DNA of 23,747 nucleotides from Candidatus Latescibacterota bacterium (GTDB lineage Bacteria > Latescibacterota > UBA2968 > UBA8231). The stretch spans positions 1 through 23,747 of the forward strand of contig CBDBIJ010000140.1 in assembly GCA_965205655.1 (NCBI GenBank), written 5' to 3'. The notes below the pieces were generated by a model, which saw only the letters and a program-made list of their open reading frames with translations, was not told the DNA's origin and ran no database searches. The position numbers were made by a program, and so were the translations under genes. Positions 11,157-20,513 of this stretch are shown piece by piece (position 1 is the first letter of the stretch; each line of letters starts with the position of its first letter).

Positions 11157-11774
11157 CGTCTACGTGCACTGATCGACTACAGCTCTGATCTCGTCGACAA
11201 CGTCCACCGACATTTCATCCCGCAGCGTCTCGATTCGATTCTCCGACAGCCCTACCGAGGCCAGCACGGCGTCGTCGTATTCCCCCTCCTCGCCGGGCAG
11301 GTACCCGAGGCCGAGGTCCTTGGCGAGGTTGTCTGCCACGTGCACCAGACTCACCAGATCGGACGGTTCGTCGCCCGGCTCGTGGTGCTTGCCCACGGCC
11401 GCTACGACATCTTCGCCCATGTCGTTGTTCAGCAGCATGAGCTGACCAAGTCGCGGGTGACTGGCCACGTCGCCCATCTCTATCTCGGCCTGCCGAAAGG
11501 TGCCGCCCTTGTCGGAGCGGTGACTCTGAACGCGGACGAACCAGTCCCAGAAAAAGAACCCCAGCACAAGCTTGCCGACGTCGTGCAGCAGGGTCCCGAT
11601 CCAGTACTCGTTGAATTCGATCTCCCGTTTGAGCTTCAGGACCCGGTCCGTCTGAAGCTTGTCTGCGATGATTGCCGAGCCCACGGAGTGTTCCCAGAAA
11701 CGCTTCATGTCGAACTCGCTCTCTTCGGGCCTCACCAGGCTGTTGATCATCTTCACTTGCTGTGCGATGGCGCC

Positions 11775-13021
11775 CGCGAGTTCAACCAGTCAACGCAACA
11801 CCTTCGTCAACGCAACACCTTCATCGAAGCGTTCTGCGGGTGAAACGAACCCCAACGTCTTCCGCGGGCGCTGGTTCAGTTGAAGAGCGACTCTGTTCAG
11901 GTCGGCTTGGGAGAATGGCGACAGATCGGTCTTCCTCGGGAAGTACTGTCGAAGAAGGCGATTCGTGTTCTCATTTGTGCCTCGTTGCCAGGGACTCTGA
12001 GGATCACAGAAATACACCCCGACGTCAGTTGCGATCGAGAACTCCTTGTGCCGAGCTAGCTCCATTCCTCGATCCCAGGTAAGGGACAACCGCACCGCGG
12101 AGGGGAGTCGTTTCACCTGGCTGATCAGCGCTCTGACAACGGTCTCGGTGTCTTTGCCGTTGAGCTTCACGAGCATCGTGAACCGAGACTGCCGCTCCAC
12201 CAACGTGGCGATGTGCGTGTTGTTCGACCCCGAGATCAAGTCTCCCTCCCAGTGGCCGGGAACGGCGCGGTCCTCGATCTCGGCAGGCCGCTCGCTGATG
12301 GATACGGCGTCGACGATCCGGCCTCTCGGCTGATCGCGTGTGCTTGCCTTCTTGGATCGCCGCATCATCCTTCGCGTCCGCAGATGCGCAATGAGGTCCT
12401 TGTTGAGTGCCCCGCGTGCCTGGATGAAGAGAGTTCGATAGATCGTTTCGTGGGATATCTGCATATTTCCTAAAAGCGCATACTCCCGCTTCAGCCATCC
12501 CGATATCTGCTCAGGTGACCACTTCAGGCGTAGCTTGTCCGCCACGACTCGCCGCAAACGAAGATTGGATGCGAGTCGGCAGCATTTCGGCCGGCTGGCG
12601 CGCGTCCAGGCTGCTTGGTCGGCAACGTTTGCTCGGTACCTTTGCCGCCCGCCATTGCGGGCAATCTCTCGGCTAACCGTCGAGGGTGCACGCTCAACAG
12701 CGGCCGCAATTATTCGTATCGATTTTCCCGCAGCGATACCTCGAGAGATCTCTTCACGCTCTTCCCAGCCAAGAGCCCATCGAGAGCGTCGACGCGGCAT
12801 TGGTACGATGCCCCCATTGGCGGTGATGACACCATGAATCGACGCCGGATGCTTCCCGAGCGCCCGACCAATATCGCTATGCGACTGGCCGCTCTTCCAT
12901 CGACGCCATACCTCCAACTTCTGTGACGCGGACAATCCTGGTCGTCCCATTTGAGCCATGTGCAACATCTCCTATGATTAGATTAGTGGGGAGAATGTTG
13001 CATTGACCGATTGAATATACC
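11775..13021 (-). mobile_element. IS30-family insertion sequence (~1247 bp)
   Basis: Imperfect ~25-bp IRs: GCGAGTTCAACCAGTCAACGCAACA (11776-11800) versus GTATATTCAATCGGTCAATGCAACA (reverse complement of 12996-13020). A 2-3 bp G/C target duplication makes the ends ambiguous by 1 nt. Confidence 0.93.
11790..12959 (-). CDS. IS30-family transposase
   Basis: STVSREIARN, WSPEQISG, SHETIY, PGHWEGDLI, LTWDRGME, SPWQRGTNENTNRLLRQYFP and RPRKTLG motifs. AGGAG RBS favours ATG 12959 over 12968. Confidence 0.96.
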   Translation of the reverse strand: MAQMGRPGLSASQKLEVWRRWKSGQSHSDIGRALGKHPASIHGVITANGGIVPMPRRRSRWALGWEEREEISRGIAAGKSIRIIAAAVERAPSTVSREIARNGGRQRYRANVADQAAWTRASRPKCCRLASNLRLRRVVADKLRLKWSPEQISGWLKREYALLGNMQISHETIYRTLFIQARGALNKDLIAHLRTRRMMRRSKKASTRDQPRGRIVDAVSISERPAEIEDRAVPGHWEGDLISGSNNTHIATLVERQSRFTMLVKLNGKDTETVVRALISQVKRLPSAVRLSLTWDRGMELARHKEFSIATDVGVYFCDPQSPWQRGTNENTNRLLRQYFPRKTDLSPFSQADLNRVALQLNQRPRKTLGFVSPAERFDEGVALTKVLR

Positions 13022-13764
13022 CCCACCTTCTTCACTCCGAGGCGGGTTATGATCTCCTTGAGCGTCCATTTGCTGACGCGGCCGCCCGTACCTGTGAAAA
13101 CCGGCGATTTCATGACCTGGAGCAGCTTCATGACGATTGCCGGATCCGTGCACAGCACTCTGTCCAACTCGCCCGGAGTCGTCTTCGGATCGTTCACGAG
13201 CCGCATGATGCGCATGACGATTTCGGGCAGCGTCGGCAGGGTGTTGATATTGCGGAGGCGTCTCTCGACCTGTTGTCGCAGCGCCGGGTAGGGAATGCTG
13301 TCGAGGTCTGCGAACAGATTGCCGATGCCTTTCTGCTCGAGGACGCCTCCGACGAGATGCTGCAGCGATGCTTCGGTCTGGCTGAAGACCCTCTCCCAGG
13401 CGCAGCAAAACACCCCCTCGGCGCCGGCGCACGACATTCTCTGAAGGCCGAGTTTCTTCGTCGGCATGATGAGAAAGAGAGGCACCGTATGCTGCAGACT
13501 GAGGGCCTGAGCGCTAATCTGGCTCGTTATCTCTTCGCTCTTGATGACGCAGACGCAGCGAATCCGCTTGCCGTTCTGCGCGAGGAGGGACGTTGCTTTC
13601 TCGATGTCCGGCGCCACCATGATGGAGAGGCCGTACTGGTAGTTCAGCAGCAGGTTCAGGAACTTGGCCACAGCCTGCTGGGCCTTGCCCGTCTCGAGTA
13701 CGATCAGGCCGAATCCTGATTGGTCTCCATCTTTTCGATCTATCCCCCGGGCCAGTGTCGCAAA

Positions 13765-14490
13765 TCAGGCAACCAGCCTTTCCGCGTCATCTTCTGGTTC
13801 GTAGCCGAGGTCCTCACGGGCGTTCGAAATATCCCAGTAGCCTCTCGTATTTCCGGAAATTCCGTAGTATATCCCGAATCGCACATCCGCCTCGATACTG
13901 CGCCACACGAGCTGCACGCAGTCCCGGTGACTCAACCACGTGGACAGAATGCGATCGCTGTCGCGATCGGTGACCGATTTCTCCGGCTGAAAGGAACCGA
14001 TCCTCAGACAGATGACCTCAAGCCCGAACTCGTCCGCGTAGTATCGACCGAGGTCTTCTCCAAAAGCTTTGCTGACGCCGTAGTAGCTGTCCGGTCTTTC
14101 GGGCATCTCCGGCTTCGTGTAGATCCCTTCCTGTTCGTAGAACCCGGTCACGTGGTTGGTGCTGGCAAACACGATTCGTTTCACCCCTTTGCGGCGTGCC
14201 GCCTCGTAGAGACAATACGTCCCCTCGATGTTGGCTTTCAACACGTCCTCCCAGGCCGCACCCACGCTCGGGTTGCCAGCCATGTGGACGATGGCGTCCA
14301 CGCCATCCACGACTTCCTCGATCTTGTCCAGAGCGTTGATCGGCGCCACGAACACCTCTTCGCCATCCTCCGCCGGCAGCACGGTACGATGGTACATCAC
14401 GCGCAGGTCATAGCTCTCTTTCAGGCCGCTCCGCAGGACGCTGCCGATCTTGCCCGCGGCACCGGTAATCAGGACTTTCTTGCGCTTCAT
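13765..14490 (-). CDS. NAD-dependent epimerase/dehydratase-family SDR, uronate dehydrogenase-like
   Basis: ITGAAGKIG, ANIEGTY, FASTNH, RPDSYYGVSK (YxxxK), LRIGSF and LSTWLS. Likely start MKRKK at 14490 with an AGGT RBS. Confidence 0.88.
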   Translation of the reverse strand: MKRKKVLITGAAGKIGSVLRSGLKESYDLRVMYHRTVLPAEDGEEVFVAPINALDKIEEVVDGVDAIVHMAGNPSVGAAWEDVLKANIEGTYCLYEAARRKGVKRIVFASTNHVTGFYEQEGIYTKPEMPERPDSYYGVSKAFGEDLGRYYADEFGLEVICLRIGSFQPEKSVTDRDSDRILSTWLSHRDCVQLVWRSIEADVRFGIYYGISGNTRGYWDISNAREDLGYEPEDDAERLVA

Positions 14491-14510
14491 TTGCAGCACC
14501 TGGCAGCGTT

Positions 14511-14717
14511 TTATCGCTCTTCTCGCGACAGCGAAATGGCATACCAGGCCAGCGCAGCTGCTACCAGCCCACCCAGGGTGAACCCCGCAAGCCACACCAG
14601 TACCCTCAAGTGCCGCACCCGGCGACGCCGCGCCAGGGAGGCCGCCTGAGAGACGGCGTCATTGACCTTGCTCGTGCTGTCTACCTGGATCTTCCTCAAT
14701 GTCTGTGCGAACAGCAT
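14511..14717 (-). CDS. Small single-pass membrane protein
   Basis: 68 aa with a basic RRRR patch before a hydrophobic VLVWLAGFTLGGLVAAALAWYAI segment. Fills the gap between two co-oriented genes and has a G-rich RBS. Confidence 0.55.
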   Translation of the reverse strand: MLFAQTLRKIQVDSTSKVNDAVSQAASLARRRRVRHLRVLVWLAGFTLGGLVAAALAWYAISLSREER

Positions 14718-14741
14718 CTCATCCCCCTACGCGTGCGCCAG

Positions 14742-15386
14742 CTACCTCGCCGCCCACACCATACCGCGCCGTTGAATCTCCAACGCCTCCGGCGCTTCGA
14801 AATCGGCTGCCACGTGACCGAGCGAAGAATAGAACACTCTGCCCGCACCCCACATGCGCTTCCACGCCACCGGCATCACCGTTCCGTTCACCCACGGAGT
14901 GCTCTGGGTGGCGAAAGTGGTGGTTGCCAGCACGTCGTTGCTCGGATCGGTGTGCATGTAGTACTGTTCGGAGTGCATCTTGAAATCGTCCAGGCCGAGG
15001 GTAATCGGATCGTCGCGATTGACGATGTTGACCTCGTAGTCTTTGATGCCATCCGGGTGGCCGACGAACTGGCCGCCAACCATCAGCTGATAGTCGCAGC
15101 TCTGGCGAAACGAATCTGCCATGCCACCGTGAAAACCGGCGACGCCGACGCCGCTCTTCACCGCCTCCAGTAGGCCCTGCTCCTCCTCGTTTTCGATTCT
15201 ACCCATAGTCCAGATTGGCACGATCAAGCTCAACTTCGACATCCCTTCCCGATCGGTGTAGATGCTGAGGCTGTTCGATACGGCTACATCGAACCCCTCC
15301 TTCTCGAGAATCGGGACGAAGATCTCGGCGCACTGCTCTGGCTCGTGCCCTTCCCAACCACCTGCGACGACGAGAGCCTTGCTCAT
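14742..15386 (-). CDS. ThuA (trehalose utilisation) domain protein
   Basis: [45 protein letters not shown] and [13 protein letters not shown]. Confidence 0.9.
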   Translation of the reverse strand: MSKALVVAGGWEGHEPEQCAEIFVPILEKEGFDVAVSNSLSIYTDREGMSKLSLIVPIWTMGRIENEEEQGLLEAVKSGVGVAGFHGGMADSFRQSCDYQLMVGGQFVGHPDGIKDYEVNIVNRDDPITLGLDDFKMHSEQYYMHTDPSNDVLATTTFATQSTPWVNGTVMPVAWKRMWGAGRVFYSSLGHVAADFEAPEALEIQRRGMVWAAR

Positions 15387-15694
15387 GCGATATGACCATC
15401 CACGTATCAGTAGGAATACGGATGAGTTGTCGGCGACCTCAGCGGCCGTACGTTCGGGCCCTCGCAGCGGAAAGTCAAGAGACTGGAGAGTCGTGGCCGC
15501 TGACGATCCTGGCGATGACGAGCCCCACCAGAAACCATCCCACTGTGAGGTCTCGGCGAGCGACACGTGCGGCTACTGGCACTCCGCTCCAGAACATATT
15601 CTTCCGACTCGACTTGATCAATCGAGGTTTGCGGCCTCTCTCCGTATCCCTTTCCTTCTACTGCAGCTCTCGAAGCGATTTCCCGGGAGATGGA

Positions 15695-16537
15695 TTGGCC
15701 GTGTTTGTCCTCCTCACCAGCATCATCGGATTCACCAGCATCCCGCCCGAGGGCGATGTCACGGCCCCAGTCGTTTCCGGGTCTTTCCCGCGCGCGCTCC
15801 TCGACTCGGTTCAGCGTCGCTATGTCGATGGCGCGGGACGCGTGGATTACGCCCGACTGCGAGACAATCCGGACAATCTGGATCGCTACTACCGACTCCT
15901 GGCGACCTACAGTCCCGACAGTCATTCCGACCTCTTCCCCACTGAAGTCAGCCGACTGGCCTACTGGATCAACGCCTACAACGCCGCGGTCATGAAGACG
16001 GTACTCGAGTACTATCCCATCGCCACTGTCAGCGATGTAGAACCTCCGAAACTGCTCTTCTTCATGTCCGACCGCAGCGGCTTCTTCTACTTTCAGAAGC
16101 TCGAATTCGGCGGGGAAGAGATCAATCTGTACGACCTCGAGCACGATATCGTGCGAAAGCGCTTCGCCGATCCGCGCATCCACTTCGCCCTGAACTGCGC
16201 CTCACTCGGATGCCCCCGATTACCGCAGCGGGCGTTCAGCGCCGAGAATCTGGAAGCCGAGCTCGAGTCCGAGACGCGCAGGTTTGTGAATGAAGAAAGG
16301 AACGTCCGCATCGACCACGAACAACAGGTCATCCACCTCTCCTCGGTTTTTTCGTGGTACGATTCCGACTTTCTGGACTGGTACGGACAGAGATATCCGA
16401 AGCCGGAGCCTGCATTGCTCGACTACATCAGCCTCTACTTGCCCTCGGAGAAAGCCGCCGGGCTGACCGCCTCAGCGTCCTACGAGATTCGCGTCATTCC
16501 ATACGACTGGGGGCTGAACGATCAGGCGGATGACTGA
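15695..16537 (+). CDS. DUF547 domain protein, probably exported
   Basis: GRVDYARL, LAYWINAYNA, LYDLEHDIVR, DPRIHFALNCASLGCP and YDWGLND. Start TTG 15695 or GTG 15701 after GGAG gives a hydrophobic N-terminus; start uncertain. Confidence 0.88.
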   Translation: MAVFVLLTSIIGFTSIPPEGDVTAPVVSGSFPRALLDSVQRRYVDGAGRVDYARLRDNPDNLDRYYRLLATYSPDSHSDLFPTEVSRLAYWINAYNAAVMKTVLEYYPIATVSDVEPPKLLFFMSDRSGFFYFQKLEFGGEEINLYDLEHDIVRKRFADPRIHFALNCASLGCPRLPQRAFSAENLEAELESETRRFVNEERNVRIDHEQQVIHLSSVFSWYDSDFLDWYGQRYPKPEPALLDYISLYLPSEKAAGLTASASYEIRVIPYDWGLNDQADD

Positions 16538-16569
16538 CCGTTGCACCACGCGCTCATAGGAGACGACCA

Positions 16570-16938
16570 ATGCCTCGCGTCGTACACTTCGAGATATGTG
16601 CAGACGAGCCTGAACGAGCCGCGCAATTCTATCAGAGCGTGTTTGGCTGGGATATCCGTGAATGGGATGGGCCGTCCGAATACTGGCTGCTGATCACGGG
16701 GGACGACGGTGAACCTGGAATAAACGGCGGCCTCGTACATCGTGGCGACGCTGCGAGCGGGTCGCTTAACTTCATCGACGTTTCGTCCCTCGATGCGACG
16801 CTCATGCATATCGCCGATAGCGGCGGCGAGATGGTGCATCCCAGGACTACCATTCCCGGCGTCGGTTACATCGCCTATTGCCGCGACACCGAAGGAAACG
16901 ACTTCGGGATCATAGAGTTAGACGACGCCGCGGCGTGA
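16570..16938 (+). CDS. VOC/glyoxalase family protein
   Basis: VVHFEI...ERAAQFYQSVFGW, GINGGL and IPGVGYIAYCRDTEGNDFGI. AGGAG RBS. Confidence 0.92.
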   Translation: MPRVVHFEICADEPERAAQFYQSVFGWDIREWDGPSEYWLLITGDDGEPGINGGLVHRGDAASGSLNFIDVSSLDATLMHIADSGGEMVHPRTTIPGVGYIAYCRDTEGNDFGIIELDDAAA

Positions 16939-18515
16939 TCGATCGACTGTTTCGGACCCTGGATCCGCCCGCCGTCTCGTACTGGTCCACGCGCTTTTTA
17001 CTCTTGCGATGCCTCGGCATCGTCTACTCCATCGCCTTTCTCAGCCTCGCATCGCAGCTGAATCCCCTTCTGGGCAGCGGCGGTTTGTTGCCCGTTCACC
17101 TGTTTCTGGACAGCGTCGAATCCGCATACGGCACCGGCCCGGCAGCGCTATGGAATGTGCCCACTATCTTTTGGGTCGGAGACAGCGATGCCTTCATGTC
17201 CGTCGCCGCCTGGCTCGGTCTTTGTCTTTCACTCCTGCTTCTATCCGGATACGCGAGCGCCTTACACCTCCTCGCGCTGTGGATTCTCTACTCCTCTTTC
17301 GTCAACGTGTGTCAGATTTTCTATTCCTACGGCTGGGAGATCATGCTCCTGGAAACGGGATTCCTCGCCGTGTTTCTGTGCCCCCTCGTACGGGGCGGCT
17401 GGCGCTCGAGCTTGACGGCGCCTCCGGAAAAATCCGTCATCTGGCTGCTGAGGTGGCTTCTGTTTCGCGTCATGTTCGGCGCCGGCCTCATCAAGCTTCG
17501 TGGCGACGCCTGCTGGTGGGATCTGACGTGCCTGCTTTACCACTACGAAACCCAGCCGATCCCGAACCCCATCAGCTGGTACCTTCATCAATGTCCGGTA
17601 TGGTTGCACAAGCTCGGAGCGCTGTTCAACCATTTCGTAGAGCTGATCGCACCGTGGCTCATCCTGAGATCACGGCGTCTGCGGTACGCCGGCGGCCTTT
17701 TCATCGTCGGCTTCCAGATCTTGCTCATCGTCAGTGGCAACCTCTCCTGGCTCAACTATCTCACCCTGGTGTTGTGCATCCCGTGTTTCGACGATCGCGC
17801 CTTGCTCCGGCTGCTGCCGGAGCGTCTGCGCTCGAGATTGGCCATCGACACCGATGCCGTCGCCTCTGTCTCGACACCCAGGCCGTTGCCACGCCGACTT
17901 GCCAGCTACACACTGGTGGGAGTCGTCCTCTACCTGAGCATCGATCCTGTCGTCAACATGGTTTCCTCGCGGCAAATCATGAACACATCCTTCGATCGCC
18001 TCCATCTCGTCAACACCTACGGGGCTTTCGGTAGCGTCGGAAAAATTCGTCGTGAGGTCGTGATCAGGGGCACCATGGCTCGGACAGCTGATACCGCGGC
18101 GGAGTGGCGGGAGTACGAATTCAAGTGCAAACCTGGAAATCCGCACCGCCGACCATGCGTTGTCTCACCGTATCACCATCGACTCGACTGGCAGATCTGG
18201 TTCGCCGCCATGTCCGACTACCAGCGTCAACCCTGGCTCATCCACCTTGTCTACAAGCTCCTCCTGGCGGATGAAGGTGCTCTTGGTCTGCTCGGGGGGA
18301 ATCCCTTTCCAGGCGATCGTCCGACCCACATTCGCGCCGACCTCTACGAATACGAATTCACCGATTTCGACGACATCACCGGCGCCTGGTGGAAACGGCG
18401 CCGGGTCGGTACGTATCTGCCCCCGGTCTCCGCCGACAATGCCGCTCTATTGAGAATCGTCGAGAGGTTTGGCTGGCCTGCAGCCCCAGCTTACGCCAGT
18501 CCGAGGTCTTCGTAG
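16935..18515 (+). CDS. Lipase maturation factor (LMF) family membrane protein
   Basis: FYSYGWEIMLLETGFL, RWLLFRVMFGAGLIK, HYETQPIPNP, SGNLSWLNYLT and PYHHRLDWQIWFAA. GTG start overlaps the VOC stop (GTGA). Confidence 0.93.
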   Translation: MIDRLFRTLDPPAVSYWSTRFLLLRCLGIVYSIAFLSLASQLNPLLGSGGLLPVHLFLDSVESAYGTGPAALWNVPTIFWVGDSDAFMSVAAWLGLCLSLLLLSGYASALHLLALWILYSSFVNVCQIFYSYGWEIMLLETGFLAVFLCPLVRGGWRSSLTAPPEKSVIWLLRWLLFRVMFGAGLIKLRGDACWWDLTCLLYHYETQPIPNPISWYLHQCPVWLHKLGALFNHFVELIAPWLILRSRRLRYAGGLFIVGFQILLIVSGNLSWLNYLTLVLCIPCFDDRALLRLLPERLRSRLAIDTDAVASVSTPRPLPRRLASYTLVGVVLYLSIDPVVNMVSSRQIMNTSFDRLHLVNTYGAFGSVGKIRREVVIRGTMARTADTAAEWREYEFKCKPGNPHRRPCVVSPYHHRLDWQIWFAAMSDYQRQPWLIHLVYKLLLADEGALGLLGGNPFPGDRPTHIRADLYEYEFTDFDDITGAWWKRRRVGTYLPPVSADNAALLRIVERFGWPAAPAYASPRSS

Positions 18516-19404
18516 ATGGCGGTATTGATCTCGAAGTTTCGAGGGCGGTGGGCGCGCTCGCCCGGCATGCCGTTGAGCGCCCAGGCCACGGCGAGCCCGT
18601 GCTCAGAATCCGCGAAACCCATCGAGCTCTGATAGCCGCCGTGTCCGAAGGTGCGAGGCGAGGCGTGCGCACCGAAGCTGTAGGCATAGTCCCGCTGGCC
18701 GTACTCCTTGGAGTCCACCATGAAACCGAGGCCCCAGTCCAGGACATACGCGAAGGTCGAATCGGTCATCCCGCCCGCCGACGGGTCGTGAATTCATGCA
18801 CCGTTTCCGCTGACAGGATCTTCACGCCCCGTCGCCGTCCCTCCTGCAACAGCATCTCATAGAAATACCCCAGTTCCCTGATTGGGTCTCTGGCAAATGC
18901 GTCATAGTGACGGCCATCCACACGGTGAACGATCTCGGCCAGGATGACCCAGCTGTTGGAAACATTGTATCCCGCCCTGCTGCCCGGGCTCCAGTCTTCC
19001 TGCGGGGCGCTTTCGCAGATCGCGGCGACCAGCTCCTCCCATGTGGTGGCCTGGGGCTGGGAGCTCTGTAATCCCGACGTGTGCGTCAGCAGATGGCCGA
19101 GCGTTGTATCACCCTTGTGATGCTGCGAGAACTCGGGGATGTAGTCGGTCACCCTGTCCTCCAGGCCGACTCGGCCTCCCTCCTTCAACAGGCCGATCGC
19201 CACGGCCAGCAGAGGTTTGCCAGACGACATCCACCCCATCAGCGACGCCGTCGTCATCGGCACACCCTCGCGCGCCTCCCCGGTCGCGAAGTCGGCGATC
19301 GTGGATCCCTCTCTGGAGACGTAGACTTGGGCGCCCGGATGGAGCCCTGCGCCGATGCCCTCCTCTATGAGTGGGGATGTTCGCGGCAGGCTGCTGGCGC
19401 TCAT
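18491..19404 (-). pseudogene. Beta-lactamase-like serine hydrolase with a frameshift near 18770 and an apparent internal deletion near 18887
   Basis: SSGK (SxxK), LLTHTSG and PGSRAGY in the 5' frame. WGLGF and TFGHGG in ORF 18491..18769. Joined length is only ~304 aa. ATG 19404 overlaps the upstream stop (ATGA). Confidence 0.8.
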
Positions 19405-20240
19405 TCGATGGTCTGGCTGAGCTGGCGGGCTCTGGGCTTCCAGTCGGTCTTCGCCTCTCCAGTCAGCAGGGCTCGGTGTTCCTCCGACAGGGTCTCGACG
19501 AACTCGGCGTTCGGTTCGTAGCCGCGCCAGGTCTGGAACATCGTCGGTATGAAGCCCGCCACTACAAAAACGCGCTCTGTCTCCGATTCGATGAGGCCGT
19601 GGGAGTGCATGAGCGATTCGAAAAAGAGCAGGGTCGAGCCGGCAGGTGCCTCGACCTGGTGAATGAGACTCGGCATGGCCATGGCGGCATCGATGATTGC
19701 CGGCGACTCCACCTCGGCCGGTATCTTGTGCGTACCGGCTATGACGGTCGTGCCGCCGTCGTCGGGACCGAGGTCGGTGAGATTGGTCAGCGCCTTGACG
19801 AATGAGAAGTGATACAAGCCCTCCCGGGTATCGCCGTACCCGGCCCACAGACCTCGGTGAAAGCTGTATTCGTTTGGCTCGTCGAGATGCTGTCTGTGGA
19901 TGTGGGCGTCCGACTGCTCCAGTCGCACCCGGCCACCCACGACCTCTTCAGCTAGGCCTACGATGCGGGGGTTCGTGACGTAGTCGAAAAAACAGGGCGC
20001 GAGATGGGGGAGGTTGTCGAGGCGAAAGTATTCCTCGCTTCTGCTTGAAAGGTGGCAATCGGGGCCCGGCAACTCGCCCGTCTCCCGGTATTTCCTTTCG
20101 AAGCCGAAGATCGTGTCGAGTAACGTCTCCACTTCTTCGCTCGACACCAGCGACTCGATGACGACGTAACCCTCGACCTCGAGATGAAAACGCTGAACCG
20201 GCGTCAGGGCGGGAAAAGGACGACTGCCGTCGGCCGTCAT
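19401..20240 (-). CDS. Phytanoyl-CoA dioxygenase (PhyH)-family Fe(II)/2OG oxygenase
   Basis: GYVVIESLVS, LTDLGPDDGGTTVIAGTHK, APAGSTLLF..LMH and a downstream Arg (ETERVF). The first ligand motif reads FHRG. Confidence 0.88.
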   Translation of the reverse strand: MTADGSRPFPALTPVQRFHLEVEGYVVIESLVSSEEVETLLDTIFGFERKYRETGELPGPDCHLSSRSEEYFRLDNLPHLAPCFFDYVTNPRIVGLAEEVVGGRVRLEQSDAHIHRQHLDEPNEYSFHRGLWAGYGDTREGLYHFSFVKALTNLTDLGPDDGGTTVIAGTHKIPAEVESPAIIDAAMAMPSLIHQVEAPAGSTLLFFESLMHSHGLIESETERVFVVAGFIPTMFQTWRGYEPNAEFVETLSEEHRALLTGEAKTDWKPRARQLSQTIE

Positions 20241-20415
20241 GTCACGTCTACCACGAGCGCGCGGAACATAGTGAGCAGCTTGACGCTCGTGATTCTCAAA
20301 GCGACCTCCCCTGCCATGAAAAAGCCGACGCCCTCCTCGGTCCGGCTCGCTGGCGTGCTGTCGGTAGAGCTGGCCGGCAATCTACCCCGGTCGCCGGGGA
20401 GCGTCAATCGTGGGC

Positions 20416-20443
20416 TTGACAGAGACCTGGCCCACATTAAATT
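20416..20443 (+). promoter_or_regulatory. Sigma70-type promoter of the Feo operon
   Basis: Perfect TTGACA (20416-20421), 16-bp spacer, TAAATT (20438-20443), in an AT-rich island. GAGGAG RBS before ATG 20514. Confidence 0.7.
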
Positions 20444-20495
20444 TAGTCGTGGTTAAAAATCAGTTTCATCGGGGTTGTAATTTCGGCAGCCCCGA
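20440..20495. promoter_or_regulatory. Two candidate DtxR/MntR-family operators
   Basis: TTTAG-TCGTGG-TTAAA (20442-20457) overlaps the -10/+1 region. TTCGG-CAGC-CCGAA lies at 20482-20495. Both have the same 14-bp dyad geometry and begin within AATTT. Confidence 0.55.
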
Positions 20496-20513
20496 AGGTC
20501 TTGAGGAGTTTCA

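Larger units (their letters stand above)
11160..13671 (-). pseudogene. HDOD-domain signalling protein interrupted by IS30 (fragments 13671..13022 and 11772..11160)
   Basis: 5' part has LPTLPEIV...DPAIVMKLL...IITRLG. 3' part has FWEHS, LLHDVGKLVL, AVGKHH and VHVAD. Excising the IS plus one GG copy restores in-frame KKVGAIAQQVK (~420 aa). The true start may lie further upstream, near 13730. Confidence 0.9.

Noticed and set aside
6861..13021. Composite transposon or defence island carrying the MTase between the two IS elements
   Set aside because: The elements belong to different families, and each interrupts its own gene with both halves still adjacent, so they are independent insertions.
15470..15600. 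40-codon minus-strand [14 protein letters not shown]...[12 protein letters not shown] upstream of the ThuA gene
   Set aside because: Short, no clear SD or motif, and within a probable divergent promoter region.
14491..16934. Long N-terminal extensions given by the ORF track for the SDR (14595), ThuA (15566), DUF547 (15392) and LMF (16878) genes
   Set aside because: They overlap neighbouring genes or each other. Family motifs, RBS-like sites or stop/start overlaps point to later starts.
20237..20437. Short minus-strand ORF whose stop overlaps the PhyH start
   Set aside because: No recognisable motif, and its 5' part overlaps the Feo promoter. It cannot be supported as coding.
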